Positions 22,743 to 36,583 are shown, numbered from the whole stretch's first letter. The stretch is DNA of 63,789 nucleotides, filler included, from Pirum gemmata (GCA_002812295.1; 22 parts of 22 records of this genome joined end to end with filler, not necessarily neighbours in it), one strand, 5' to 3'. Notes: generated by a model not told the origin, from the sequence alone. Program-made: numbers and translations.

Positions 22743-23189
22743 TATTCCTTGTGTCCCTTTTTATTACAATAGTTACAAGTTTTTGCTGTTGCTATATATA
22801 CTTTTGCATTCCGCTCTCTTGTGCCCCTTTTTTCCACACTTGTGACAGCTAAAGTTTTTTTCCTGAACTTCTAGTATTTTTTCTTTATTCTTATTTATCC
22901 TCTAGACTAATGTGAGATCAATTTCTTCTTTCAGAGCTTCTTCTTTCGCCTTTTCCCAGGTTCCAGTATCCTCGCTCATCATTCGTATTGCTCTTCTGAA
23001 GTCGTTCCATTTTGGGTTGTCACTTAGTGCTTCCGTCAAGCAGTCTATTTTGTCTGCAGGCCCTTTTGTAATGCCACCAGTTTTCAATAAATCACACCTA
23101 ATTTCGATTTTTGGAGCACAGAGTTTTCACTTAGACATGTTTCGCGTTGGTAAATTTTCATTTGTGACAACGCCTTGCATTCGAATTAA
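22743..23189 (-). pseudogene. Decayed LTR-retrotransposon gag with CCHC zinc knuckles (copia-like)
   Basis: One frame with in-frame TGA (23127-23129) and TAG (22902-22904): ...KIDCLTEALSDNPKWNDFRRAIRMMSEDTGTWEKAKEEALKEE...*...NFSCHKCGKKGHKRAEC (CX2CX4HX4C, 22806-22847). A frameshifted second knuckle CNYCNKKGHKEY follows at 22743-22777. Confidence 0.75.
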
Positions 23190-24386
23190 CTGAAAAAAAG
23201 AATAAAAAGAAAGTCTGGAAGTATAATTATAAAAATTTTAATATAAAAGGGAAGTAAGTAGGTCTATCTGAGGAAGTGTAGGAAGCAGTGTAGGGGTCTA
23301 GCTAGCTAGTCTACTGATTATCGTAGCTAGCTAGTCTACATTATAAAATATACAATAAATAGTACCAAATTAATACAATATAAATCCATTTTATTTAAAT
23401 TGGTATATTTTATTATATATTTATTTATTTAAAAGTACCAATTTAAATATTATAAAAAACCAAATAAATATTCAGAGTGAAAGCTAGCTACTTAGTTAGC
23501 CCCAGTAAAAGAGACCCCCTGAGACCCCAGTCTACTAGGAGTAGCCCCAGTCTATATACCGGTAGACTAGCTAGCCTATAGACTAGCTAGTATCATAGGA
23601 GAGTCGCCTGAACTTCGAGCCTGAAGGGCCAGTGAAGGCTGCACAACACAGAATATACATTACAGTATCGTCACTACTACTACCCCTGTGACCACCTTCA
23701 TATTTTTTGAGTCGGATCGATGGAGGAAAAGGTCCCGAATCATATTCTACTATTATATTTTTTTGATTTTTAAATTGGTCGAGTAATTTGAGTCGGGGCT
23801 TTCGATACACCTAGCTAGCTAGTCTATAGGTATAGTCTGTCTTAGTCTTAGTCTTAGGGAATATTCATAAAAAGGGCGTCACTTATTCTTTGATAGAAGT
23901 CATTGCTCGAAAGTGTGACTTAAACTGTTTTAGGCAGTAATTAATTATTAAAATGAACTTTAAAGTTATGACCAAAAGTGNNNNNNNNNNNNNNNNNNNN
24001 NNNNNNNNNNNNNNNNNNNNNNNNTTAATTAATTAANNNNNNNNNNNNNNNNNNNNNNNNNNNNNNNNNNNNNNNNNNNNCATTGGGAGTTCCAGACTCC
24101 TAAATAAAGTTATAGTAATGTATTTAGGAAGACAAGACGACTAAAAATGAACTCCCCTTCTATTAGACATATTATGTATATGGTGTCCCTATTATTATTA
24201 TTCTTATCATTATGAGAGATATTGACAGTGGTACGTCCCTATTATTATTATTCTTATTATTATTAGATATTGACACCAAAATTAGAAAAGCAAATATTCT
24301 AAAACCATCAAAAATTCAAAATTAAACTTCGAAACAAGTTATTACCACATAATATAATGTAAAAAAAAGAATATTTTTCTCTTTTT

Positions 24387-25359
24387 TTAAAAATTTCGCA
24401 AACGACTGATACGCCAAGCATCTTTCTCTTCGTATTTGTTGAATAATGGTTCGATTTTTTGTTGACGTTTGGCTTTCGATAGATGAGTAGGATCGGCTAC
24501 TTTGAAAAATGCGGGCGCAAAATCAACAAACCATTGGGGTTCTACGGCGGTGCACTCTCGCATGTATTCTTTTGTTGTTAATACAAGTTCGTGATACACG
24601 AGCCTGTTAATTAAAGTAAAAAATAAGGGTTAGGTTTGGGGTTAGGGTTATAGTTAGGGTTACAATTAAAATTACGGTTAGGGTCAGGGTTGGGGTTGGT
24701 TACGGTTACGGTTATGGTTATGGTTATGGTTATGGTTATGGATATGGATATGGTTATGGTTATGGTTATGGTTATGGTTATGGTTATGGTTATGGTTATG
24801 GTTATGGTTATGGTTATGGTTATGGTTATGGTTATGGTTATGGTTANNNNNNNNNNNNNNNNNNNNNNNNNNNNNNNNNNNNNNNNNNNNNNNNNNNNNN
24901 NNNNNNNNNNNNNNNNNNNNNNNNNNNNNNNNNNNNNNNNNNNNNNNNNNNNNNNNNNNNNNNNNNNNNNNNNNNNNNNNNNNNNNNNNNNNNNNNNNNN
25001 NNNNNNNNNNNNNNNNNNNNNTTATGGTTATGGTTATGGTTATGGTTATGGTTATGGTTATGGTTATGGTTATGGTTATGGTTACGGTTGGGGTTACGGT
25101 TGGGGTTACGGTTGGGGTTATCATGATGTTATAATAAGAAGGGGGAAGTGAGCTAAGCAACCCCATGTACCCTCCCTCATTGTATAATATTATGAAAATG
25201 ATTGTTTTCGAATTTACCCGTATTAGTTTACAAAAACAAAACTAAACCAAAACCAAAACCAAAACCAAAACCAAAACAATAAGAATAACAATAACAAAAA
25301 CAATAACAATAACAATAACAATAACAAAAAAAAAAAAAAAAAAACAAAAAAAAAAAAAA

Positions 25360-25392
<33 letters not shown>

Positions 25393-26511
25393 AACGGATA
25401 AAACAAACAATACAACCACACACTCAAAATAGTAAAAATTACCATTCCGGTTGCCGTTGATATAACGCCGAAGCAGGATGCACATAAACGTGCTGATTAT
25501 CTACCAGAGTTTGGTACCCTTCTTGAGGATCTTTTTTCGCCGCATTCCGAAAAAAACCACTACAAATACATTGTCTAACTTTATTAAACTCCATACCACA
25601 AGATAAAACATTCAATTTATACCTATTAGATTGAGGAAGTAGGGTTAGTAGAAGGTACAAGATTTAACATCAAGTGCTATGATAGACAAGGTCAAGGTAC
25701 ATAATCAAGGACCAGGCTAAGGTTAGGGTTAAGAGCTAGGATCAGGGTAAAGTTTAATCCCAATGTTAGGATTAAGAGCTAGGATCAGGGTAAAGGTTAA
25801 TCCCAAGGTTAGGCTTAAGTGTAAGGTTAGGGTTAGGGTCAAAGCTTAGTTCAAGGTACATAGTCAAGAATAAGGTTAAGGTTTGGGTTAAGCCCAGGGA
25901 TAGGGCTAGGAACAGGGTAAAGGTTAACCCAAGGCTAGGGTTTAAGCGCAAGGTTAGGGTTAGGGGAAAAGCCTAGGGTCAACAGGCAGTAAAGGTTAGG
26001 GGAAAAGGTTAGGGGTAAGTTTGAAGACAATAGTTGTTTTAGGGCTAGAGACAAGGTTACAGTCAAGGTTAGGGTCGGAGTTAGGAGCAAAGTAAGGGCC
26101 AAGGTTTGGTTTGGGGTTAAGGTTAAGGTTAAGGTTAAGGTCAAGCTTAAGTTCAAGGTTAAGGTCAAGCTTAAGTTCAAGGTTAAGGTCAAGGTTAAAT
26201 TCAAGGTTAAGGTCAAGGTAAAGTTCAAGGTTAAGGTCAAGGTAAGTTCAAGATAAAGGTAAAGGTTAAGGCCAAGGCCAAGGTTAAGGTTAAGGTTAAG
26301 TTTAAGGTTAAGCTTAGGAACCAAAATAGGGTAAGAGAAAGGTAAGAAAGGGAATAAATATCATACCTATCCATAATACCAAGAAGCTGTTTTCGCACAT
26401 CTTGAGCTCTCCTTAAGCTTCTAGCTTGCAAAAAGTTTTCGTGACACCACATTTGAGAAAACTTGTTATTCTTCCAAGAATTGTAGACAGTTAAAAGCGT
26501 TAAATGATCCC
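24387..26511 (-). CDS. DHX8: Pre-mRNA splicing DEAH-box helicase DHX8/PRP22, last three exons
   Basis: Exon 26511-26367: [49 protein letters not shown]. Exon 25622-25443: YKL...[42 protein letters not shown]. Exon 24603-24387: [16 protein letters not shown]...[23 protein letters not shown]. Junctions are canonical and in phase. Confidence 0.97.
25715..26320. repeat. Degenerate TTAGGG/TTAAGG hexamer array in DHX8 intron
   Basis: GGTTAG, GGTTAA and GGTCAA hexamers on +; the next intron (24625-25120) carries (GGTTAT)n. Confidence 0.85.
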
Positions 26512-26518
26512 CTAATTA

Positions 26519-26555
<37 letters not shown>

Positions 26556-27379
26556 TGTTAGTTGTTTGTTATTATTATTACAAGAATTGTAGACAGTTAA
26601 AAGTGTTAAATGATCCCCTAATTATATTATTATTATTATTATTATTATTATNNNNNNNNNNNNNNNNNNNNNNNNNNNNNNNNNNNNNNNNNNNNTTAAT
26701 TAATTAANNNNNNNNNNNNNNNNNNNNNNNNNNNNNNNNNNNNNNNNNNNNAAAAAAAATATCGATTCAAACGATTGTTTTTTTTTTTTAAAAAATTTAT
26801 TTTTTTTAATAGGTCTAAAAATACTAATCTAGATGCCTTAGTTGACAAAAATGCCCTTCTAGATTCAATTCTATCTTCAGATTTTTCCATCTTCAGATTC
26901 ATTGTTTACAGTCTAACTGTACATTTGGTATATTTTACTATATATATATTTATTTAAAAGTATCAATTTAAATATTATAAACAACCAAATAAATATTCAG
27001 AGTGACTAAATAAATGAAAAGCACAATACAATACTTTTACTATGTTCTGTTCTACAGATGTTCTGTTTACTCTATCAGATACTAAGTTTACTCTACTTGA
27101 TCTAGTAGTGAGGGTTACAACAATGCAAAGCCGATGTGCAAGTGAAAACGTCACTAGCTAGTAGTAGTCGGATTGCGTTAACCCTTCGATCTGAACATCA
27201 GATAGTCTAGAGTACACTAGACCTATACCATTTAGAAAGAGAAACTACTAGCTAGTAGTGAGAAACCTCTTAAATATTTAAAAGACACATTTTAAAAATT
27301 GAACCCCCCCCCCGATTAAGGGAGAGCAGCCTGTGACCCATCTAATGAACCATTACACTATCGGTATCATTAACTATGA

Positions 27380-27830
27380 TAACAATATCCACATAGACGG
27401 TGTAGTACTCTAACAATCAATAATGCTATCATACTTGTACTCCAAAGAATTTCCACCAGAAGTCAAACTAAAAATCTTTGAACATAAACAAACCTTAATT
27501 AAAGGCTAGACTCTAGAATATTACATATACATCCAAATATAGACGACAGCTCCTAAAATACCCACAACAACGACTACAACGCTATAATACTAGGAACAAA
27601 GGTTAAAAACCAATATTAAATTTTGTACAACAAAAGAACAATACAATTGCTTACAATCATAGACTATATATTATGGTATTATTATGAAAAGTACAAGCTA
27701 AAACCAAATGACAATCAAATCATTAAATCTTATACCAAAGTGTTATGAAACAAATCAACAAATTACAACTTAAATTTAACTATATAACTGTAACCTACTA
27801 CTTCAGTTACTGCTCCCCCTTTTTTTCTAA
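27380..27830 (+). mobile_element. Non-LTR retrotransposon 3' relic (same family as 38430-39140)
   Basis: Shares TCCAAAGAATTTCCACCAGAAGTCAAACTA, ATACCCACAACAACGACTACAA.GCTATAAT.CTAGGAACAAAGGTT and ATGGT.TTATTATGAAAA blocks with the 38.8-39.1 kb copy. Confidence 0.55.
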
Positions 27831-30318
27831 AGAAAACAGGAACTATAGTGGTATAGACTAGTAGCCAGCTACTAAGGTGTTTTATTCAATTATACATCAT
27901 AATGATGTATATATGTAATATTAATAAATATATTTACAATAAATACCAACACTAACCTTAACCTTAACCCTAACTAGCCTAAACCTAAACTTAAACCTAA
28001 CCCTAATTATAATTAAATAACCCTAACCCTAACCCTAACCCTACCCAACCCTAACAAAAAAATACGAAACAACATTGAAGCTTGATATTAATAATAATAA
28101 TAATATATAGTTTACAAGTCAGTCTACAAAAAAAAAAAAAAAAAATTGAATAANNNNNNNNNNNNNNNNNNNNNNNNNNNNNNNNNNNNNNNNNNNNNNN
28201 NNNNNNNNNNNNNNNNNNNNNNNNNNNNNNNNNNNNNNNNNNNNNNNNNNNNNNNNNNNNNNNNNNNNNNNNNNNNNNNNNNNNNNTTACTAAATAAATA
28301 ATTACAAATACTAAATATGGTAAGGCGAAACAGGCGAACAACATTTACTTTGTACCTCGGTCAAAAAAGTTCGCCATAAGAGTTCTCACCCCTCCTTTAT
28401 TTATATTAATATTGTTGCATTTTTTTTTTTGAAAAAAAGTTATACTTTATTTATAAATAAATAAACCATTTTTATGATGCTGCAAGGCAGCTTTTAATTT
28501 TAAATTGTGTAGTTTGAAGAAGATTTTCATAGAATTTCAAACATACTCAATATCTAAAGGCTCGAAAATAATAGCGAAGCATTTTCGAGTTATGCCTATG
28601 AACCCAACCCGAGTACCGAGAGTTACTTTTACAACGCTCATATCTCTATTGCTATTGTTACTATAAAGATGGTTATTAAGACAACTATATAGTAAATGAC
28701 TTAATAATATAATCTTTAAATTTATACTTATAATAATATTAATCATAATCATCTGCATAGAAGCAACAGCAACGGAGATATATATGAGCGTTTAAAGAAA
28801 GTATAAGGACCTGGGTCACCGAGCCGACGGGCCATTAATCTCATCAGTCACCCATTGATCCCACCCATCCCAAAAAACCAACCAAACAAATTTATTTTAC
28901 CCATTTAAATAATGAAAAGGGGGTAAAATTCATATAATAATTTAGCACTAAAAAATATCAATTCCCCCCGAAAATTTTTATTTTACCCATTTGAATAGCG
29001 AAAAGGGTGTAAACTTTATATAGAAATATTAATGTTACATAATTAAAAACCGAGTCGAACTTCCACTCCAGAGTTAGGACGAATAACCGGCAAATAGCGT
29101 ATCGTAAAGTCTTGATTTTCATTCAAAGTCCAAGTAGTAAACTTTCTTAACATTTTACACAATACTACTTTAGTAATATTTCTTGTCAATTTTATTCCCA
29201 AACAATGTCTATGTTCATCATTTTGCACATTTTCTAGGTTATTAGCATCTGAATTATTTTTTAATTATATTAGTATTAGTATTAGTGTTAGTACTAGTAT
29301 TAGTATTAGTATNNNNNNNNNNNNNNNNNNNNNNNNNNNNNNNNNNNNNNNNNNNNTTAATTAATTAANNNNNNNNNNNNNNNNNNNNNNNNNNNNNNNN
29401 NNNNNNNNNNNNTTTTTAGTTTTTTTTTTTTGAAAAAAGCGGAATCAATTTAGTACACAAAAAAATTGCGTCCAAAAAATTCTGACGGATAAAGACTAGC
29501 TAAGTACTTGTCCACTTTTTGACCACACAAAATATTTTTTCAGAAACATATTTTTGTTTTTTGGTTTTATTTTTGCAAAAAAATTCAAGCTATTGTAGAT
29601 CGAGAGGCAAATATAATAAGACTCAAATAGACCAATGAAAAGTTTTAAAAAATAAATCAATTCCCAAAAATAGTAGTGATAGGCTGATAATAATAATAAA
29701 CAAGAATAAAAAAATAAAAATATATCATAATAAAAAAAAAAATAAAAAAAAAATAAAAACCTGAAATAAAAACAAAATAAATAAGGGTTCCATAAAATCT
29801 AATAAAAAAATTTTATTTGTACATTTTATATTATTATTATAATTTTTTATTTTTATTCAATACCATTTTATAATCAATTATATTTTTTATTTGATAATTA
29901 ATAATCGATAAAATAAAAATAATAGCTTCAAATTTTTGTTAGTTGGTCTTTAATCTGTATAATAAAAATGTATTATTATATTTTTTATTTGATAAGTAAT
30001 AATCGATAAAATAAAAATAATAAAGGAGTTTCAAATTTCTGTATAATAAAAGTGTAATAAAAGTGTATAAACCAGTATAAAATGATAAATGATAAAATCT
30101 CAGAATTTGGAGTCGAATTTGTTGAGTCGAGTTACTTAAAAAGTAATATTGTAATATTTATTATATTATAAAACGTACATAACTTTATTCTCATTGTTGT
30201 ATATATCAAAGATACTTATTTTAATATTACAACTACCACCATGACATATTTCAACTACTACTATTATTTTTACTACTACTAATGCTACTACTACTACTAC
30301 TATTAATACTATAGCTAT

Positions 30319-30350
<32 letters not shown>

Positions 30351-30398
30351 TTACTACTACTACTACTACTACTCCTCCTCCTCCTCCTCCTCCTCCTC

Positions 30399-30430
<32 letters not shown>

Positions 30431-30740
30431 GCTACTGCTACTGCTACTGCTACTATTACCGCTTTTTGTATCAGGATAATACTAATGTATGGTATCAGAT
30501 TGTGTTTTTTTAAAATTTAATAAAGATAATCAATAACAAATGAAGATAACGAAGACTAACATTGTCGTCCGTCATACACATGATACACTTGAAATGAAAT
30601 CTGGATAGAAGATGTCTGCCAGGGGACTCTGCCAGAGTCTGTCTACTAGTAGACTACTCTGCCTATACTGCCTATAGACTATCTATAGCCCGGGGTAGCT
30701 AGATATATAGCTAGTCTACTATTGATAGCTAGCTAGACTC

Positions 30741-30782
<42 letters not shown>

Positions 30783-30785
<3 letters not shown>

Positions 30786-31011
30786 AAGCCGGATAAAAAT
30801 GGTGGAAGAGCTCAAAATCCAAAATCTCTAAATAAACCAATTTTAATGAAAGTATTACCAACATTTGGGAAATCCTTTAAATAATAAAAGTCTTTTATAA
30901 ACCAATGGCCAGTTTTTAAACATAATTTGGCTAGTTATTATTAAAGATTTTTGGAAAAGAAGTCTTAGATTTTTAGTAAAAAAAATGATTTCTACAGTTT
31001 TATCCGGCGGT
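30783..31011. mobile_element. MITE family K
   Basis: Ends ACCAAGCCGGATAAAA / TTTTATCCGGCGGT; the interior GAGCTCAAAATCCAAAATC...CCAATTTTAAT recurs near 46105, 48830-48985 (inverted), 52010-52240 and 52517. Confidence 0.7.
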
Positions 31012-31174
31012 AAAAAAAAAATTCTCTTTTTCATATTCATATGATAGAATAACATGATATCATATAAAAAAAAAGCTCAACGCTAGCTAGTAGCTAGCTA
31101 CATTAGATTTCTAGCTAGCTACATTAGATTTCTAGTTAGCTACATTAGATTTCTAGTTAGCTACTACTAGCTAG

Positions 31175-31405
31175 GGGTTAGCGTTAGTTAGCGTTAGGGG
31201 TTAGCTTTATTAAGGGCTGGGTTGGGTTAGGGTTAGGGTACTGTTAGGGTTAGGGTTAGGGTTAGGGTTAGGTTTAGGTTTAAAAAGATTAAGGGTTAGG
31301 GTTAGGGTTAAGGGTTTAAAAGGGTTAAGGGTTAGGGTTAGGGACTGGTTAGGGTTAGTGTTTTTTAAGGGTTAGGAATGTAAGGGTTAGGGTTATCATA
31401 GGGTT
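31175..31405. repeat. Interstitial TTAGGG array
   Basis: Degenerate (TTAGGG)n, preceded by three tandem AGCTACATTAGATTTCTAG(C/T)T units. Confidence 0.85.
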
Positions 31406-32775
31406 ATCATAAAAACACACAGACCCCCTCCCCCACCTTCTGACCTATCAGATGAAAATTATAAGCTTTCAGATTGCGGTCTAAGCCATTAAAATGGCAA
31501 TCTATACAAAGCCATTTCCAAAAAGCGACGTCATTAATTTTAATGTTCCTATCCTATACCTGACCTGATAGCTCGCATCGTTTTTAATTAATATGGTGGA
31601 CGCAACTTATACATAACAGTATCTGCCCCCTTCTTTGTTGGGGCATATCTCGGCCCCCAGTATACCTATCGAAATTTTAAACGTATAAATCCAACAAGCA
31701 GAAAAAAAAAATGTGTACAACGAACCTACAAAAATTTACCATTTTTTTCACAAAATTAATTAGACAAGTATCGGGCCAACACCTCGTATGATGATGAAAC
31801 TTGGTGGAAATAATCCTTTTGATAAAAAAACAAGATTCGTAAAAGAAAAAATTAAAAAAATATATTTTTTCCTAGTTTTTTTAGCAAATTATTTTTTCAG
31901 TTAAAAAAAAATTTGAAACATCTTTTTTCAGCCTAGATTGTCCATATAGGCATTCAGATTCCAATTTAGGTACCCCAGATTCCAATCTGGATATATATAT
32001 ATATATAATNNNNNNNNNNNNNNNNNNNNNNNNNNNNNNNNNNNNNNNNNNNNTTAATTAATTAANNNNNNNNNNNNNNNNNNNNNNNNNNNNNNNNNNN
32101 NNNNNNNNNATATAATCGAATCAAACAGCTCGATCCTAATTATTTAATAGTGACAATTTTGAAATGATATTCTTTTTTGTTCGAGTTTCAAGTGTTTTCT
32201 ATGAAATTTCTAAGAATAATTTTTTTTTTTGAAAGCGAGTCAAACTGTGTCAAAAGACTCAAAAGTTCAAAACACTGTCAATTTTTTTGAAAGTTGGAGG
32301 TTTTCCCGCATCTCCCTTCTAAAAATTCTATGATAATATTATTAGACCATCTAGTGTGTCAAAAAAGCTAGCTAGTGCTTTTCAGTTGTTTTGTCATCAT
32401 AGAATATAAAATAAATAGCACCAAATTAATACAATATGAACCATTTAATTTAATTAGGTGTCTTTTATTATGTATTTATTTATTTAAAAATGTCTATTTA
32501 AATATTATAACCCACCAAATTAATATTCAGAGTCAGGGAAGGTTTAAAAACTATCGAATCGAGACAAGTTTGAAACTTTCGAAATTTTCCGATCTAATTT
32601 TAAGTATTGACTCACTTTTGATTTCATTGTAAAAAATCTTAACAGTCTTAAAACCTGAAACTCGAAAAAAAAAGAATATTATTTCAAAATTGTCATTATT
32701 AATAAATAATTAGGATCGAGCTGTTTGATCCGATTATGTTTTTCGTATCTCTCTGTAATATTATTCAATACGTAG

Positions 32776-33036
32776 AGGTCTATTACGTAATAGGCTTCTC
32801 CAATTCCGCTTTGTTTAAAAATCGAGTTTTCAAGCCTATGCATTAATTAAATAAGATCGAAAATTTTAAAAGCTAACAGTTAAAAGTATTCAAGTATATT
32901 TATTTATAAACCCGAAAAAATGGAAAAACTAATTTTCGAACAGGGCTGAATTTCGGCTTTTTTTTCGACAGCAGAAATTCGAGTTTTCGGGCTCGAGCAG
33001 AATTGGGAGAGGCTTATTACGTAATAACTTAGACCT
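32776..33036. mobile_element. MITE-like element
   Basis: TIR-like ends AGGTCTATTACGTAATAGGCTTCTCCAATTC / GAATTGGGAGAGGCTTATTACGTAATA...TAGACCT. Confidence 0.65.
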
Positions 33037-33249
33037 AATCTATATTATTCGAATTTAGTGAACCTTGCCCCATATATTTAACCAAATGAAAGGGTGCTTT
33101 TATCATCAAGGGTGACGTCAATGATCTCAACATTAGCATCACCCCCATACTGGTGTTGTGCTTTAGCCTTTGCCCACTTTGTGACTCTGTGAGTTCAGCC
33201 GACATAACACGGGGATCATTGATAGCTTTGATGTGTTGGACACATTCCA

Positions 33250-33343
33250 AAGAACTCCAGAGTCCAAACCAAAAGCACTCCAAAAGCTAAACCAAAGCAG
33301 AGGACCAAAGCACAGCCAAAGCACTCCAAAGCACAAGAGCTCC

Positions 33344-33375
<32 letters not shown>

Positions 33376-34653
33376 TTATCAACTTGTCATGTGATTGTCA
33401 ATAACTTGTCACTCTAGAAAGAAGATGGTGAATTTTTGATTTTTTTTAAAAATAAATGGGTAGCATTTATTTAATTTGTCAGTATGTGAGTTTTAGTTTC
33501 GTTAATTATATTGTGATGGATTTTGTTATCTGCATTAAAATTTTATATTAATATTTCAAAATAAATTAATTTCTTATTTATATAAATACAATATAAATGC
33601 AGCCTAGAACGGTTACGGTTACGGTTACGGTTACGACCAAGACCTCGTTATAACAATAACAATAATAACGAAATGGACGATAATATTATATTACAATGAG
33701 CCTAACCCTAACCCTAACCCTAACCATAACCCTAACCCTAACCCTCTAACCCTCTAATTTACCCTGACCCTTTAACCCTAATCCTCTAACCCTCTAACCC
33801 TAACCCTAACCCTAACCCTAACCCTAACCCTAACTCAAACCCTGACCCTAACCATAACCATAACCCTAACCCAAACCCTAACCCCTAACTCCTACCCCTA
33901 ATCCTAACCCGTACCCCTAACTCTAACCCGTACCCGTAACCCGTACCCGTACCCGTAACCCGTACCCCTACCCCTGCCCTTACCCCTNNNNNNNNNNNNN
34001 NNNNNNNNNNNNNNNNNNACCACCACCACCATTATATTATGAACTATTATTACTTGAATATTCTCAAGTCTATTATATTTTTTTTTCAAAATCCAAAATT
34101 TCCAAAGGTAACCTATGTTATTAGCCACTGATGATTAAAGAAGTACTAAAGATTAATAAATAAATAAAGAAATATTAATAAATAAATAAAGAAATATGTA
34201 CAATGATAATATAATTATTATTAATAACAATAATAACAATAATAGTAATAACAATAATATTTATAATAAATGATGATGATGATGATAATAATAATGGTAA
34301 TTTTTGTTCAAAAAATAAATAAATAAATAAATAATTTAAAATCATTCTAGCTAGGCTGCATTTATATAAATATGAAATTAATATATCGAAGTGGTCTTCG
34401 ATATATATATTACCATAAAAAAATAGACCTAGTCTATTTTGAAATAGACCAAGGACTTTGAAGTCCTTGAATAGACTAATAATTATTATTATTTTAAATT
34501 ATTTTATTATAGTCTAATGATAACAAAACCCATCACAATAATTAACGAAACTAAAACTCACATACTGACAAATTAAATAACTACTATCCATTTATATTTA
34601 AAAAAAATCAAAAAGTCACCATTTTCTAGTAGCACAAGTCTAATAGCACAAGT

Positions 34654-34705
<52 letters not shown>

Positions 34706-34798
34706 GAGTTTTTGTGCTTTGGGGTGCTTTCACTGCTTTGGCTGTGCTTTGGTCTTCAGTGCTTTGGTCCTCTGCTTTGGAGCTTTGGAGTTCTTTGG
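33250..34798. repeat. Pair of long inverted repeats (33250-33609 and 34346-34798) enclosing a CCCTAA array
   Basis: Both arms carry CCAAAGCAC-type subrepeats, a long poly-A and the block AATTTGTCAGTATGTGAGTTTTAGTTTCGTTAATTAT, in opposite orientation. Confidence 0.8.
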
Positions 34799-35285
34799 AA
34801 TTTTTTAACGGAATTTTATTTTTTTTATAATAGTTATTATAATTTATAATAATATAGATCATAATAGTTTATAACTTTACATTTATTAGATTATAAAAAA
34901 ACAAACCCGGAAACCCCAAGACTTTATATAGTATAGTTATTTCTACTTACCCAAGACTTTATATAGTAGTTATTTCTACTTAATTAGAAAAAAAAAGTCA
35001 AAATGATGTAATAGTTTTATTCTATTGATTTTGGAAGAAAAAAATCAAAAAATTATTATTATGTCAGCTATTATGTCACAGTTTTTTTTTAGCATTAGTT
35101 TATATATTTAGATTATAAAAAACAAAAAAGGAAAACATTAAGGCTTTATATAGTAGTTTATTTATACTTAATTAAGAAAATAAAGTCAAAAATGATGTAA
35201 TTTATTCCTATGAATAGAAATTTATTCTATTGACCTTGACCAGGCTAGGTAGTTCGAATTGGGGGGGGAATAAAAAAATGACGTA

Positions 35286-35395
35286 ATTATTACTTTTTTC
35301 AACTTTTTTTCAAAAAATAGAAAAAAATATCGTTTTATTTTTACACGCTGATGTGGCAGATGGCATATGATGATGATGATGATGATGATGATGAT

Positions 35396-35469
<74 letters not shown>

Positions 35470-35722
35470 GTGTGGCATACTCATTTGGCATTTAAAAATA
35501 TAATTAATTATTAATTTTTCTTTTGTTATATAAGAGCACATAACACCCAAATGTTATAGATAATTAATTTTTGTAATAATAAAAAAAAGAAAAAATCAAT
35601 TGGTATATAGTATAAATAAACGTATCTATTTATTAAATTATTACTTTTTTCAACTTTTTTTCTTGAAAAAAATGGGAAAAAAATACCGTTTTAAATTTAC
35701 AAGCTGATGTGGCAGATGGCAT

Positions 35723-35760
<38 letters not shown>

Positions 35761-35950
35761 AATGATGATAATAATGATGGTGTGGCATAATATTCATGTG
35801 GCACTTAAAAATATAATTAATTATTAATTTTTCTTTTGTTATAAGAGCACATAACACCCAAATATTATAGATAATTAATTTTTGTAATAAAAAAAAGAAG
35901 AAAAAATTAATTAGTATATAGCTATAGTATAATATAAATAAACGTATTTA
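35286..35950. repeat. Tandem duplication of about 330-350 bp with internal (ATG)n
   Basis: GCTGATGTGGCAGATGGCATATGATGATG...GGTGTGGCATA...ATAAGAGCACATAACACCCAAAT occurs twice. Confidence 0.9.
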
Positions 35951-36544
35951 TTATATATATTATATAATTATAGTATATCAATTTATAATATATAGTATGT
36001 ATTATAAATTATAAATTAAACGAAAGTTTTACTTTTAAAATTTATAATAATAATAATAATAATAATTAATTTTATTAATAGCTATATATAGTCTACAATA
36101 GTAATAATAATAATAATAATAATAAATATTAATATAATACTGATCATAGCTTGACAATAATAATCAATATAGTAATATATAGTGTAATATATTATAACAA
36201 TATCATCAGTCCTCTCAATCTTTAACTTGGTACTGTTTAAGTGTATAATTGAACTTATTTATAAAATGAAACATTAAAAGTATTTTAAAATACCAATACC
36301 AAATCATTTAAAAAATGTCTGATAGTTTAATTAACCATAATAATAATTTCAGTTTTTGAACTGGATATTATTATTAATTTTAACATACAAAAATCCTGGA
36401 ATATTAGTACCAGTAAATTTTTAAAAAATCTGTGAAGATGGAAAAATCTATGGAATTGAATCTAGAAGGGTATTTTTGTCAACTAAGACATTTAGCTCAA
36501 GTCCAGAATTCACACATTTATCACTTTTTATCGCATAAAGTGTC

Positions 36545-36583
<39 letters not shown>

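Noticed and set aside
23583..23810. 75-aa minus ORF or possible LTR upstream of the gag relic
   Set aside because: No recognisable protein motif, no second LTR and no convincing primer-binding site.
31175..31405. True chromosome telomeres
   Set aside because: The arrays are degenerate and flanked by other sequence on both sides, so they are interstitial.
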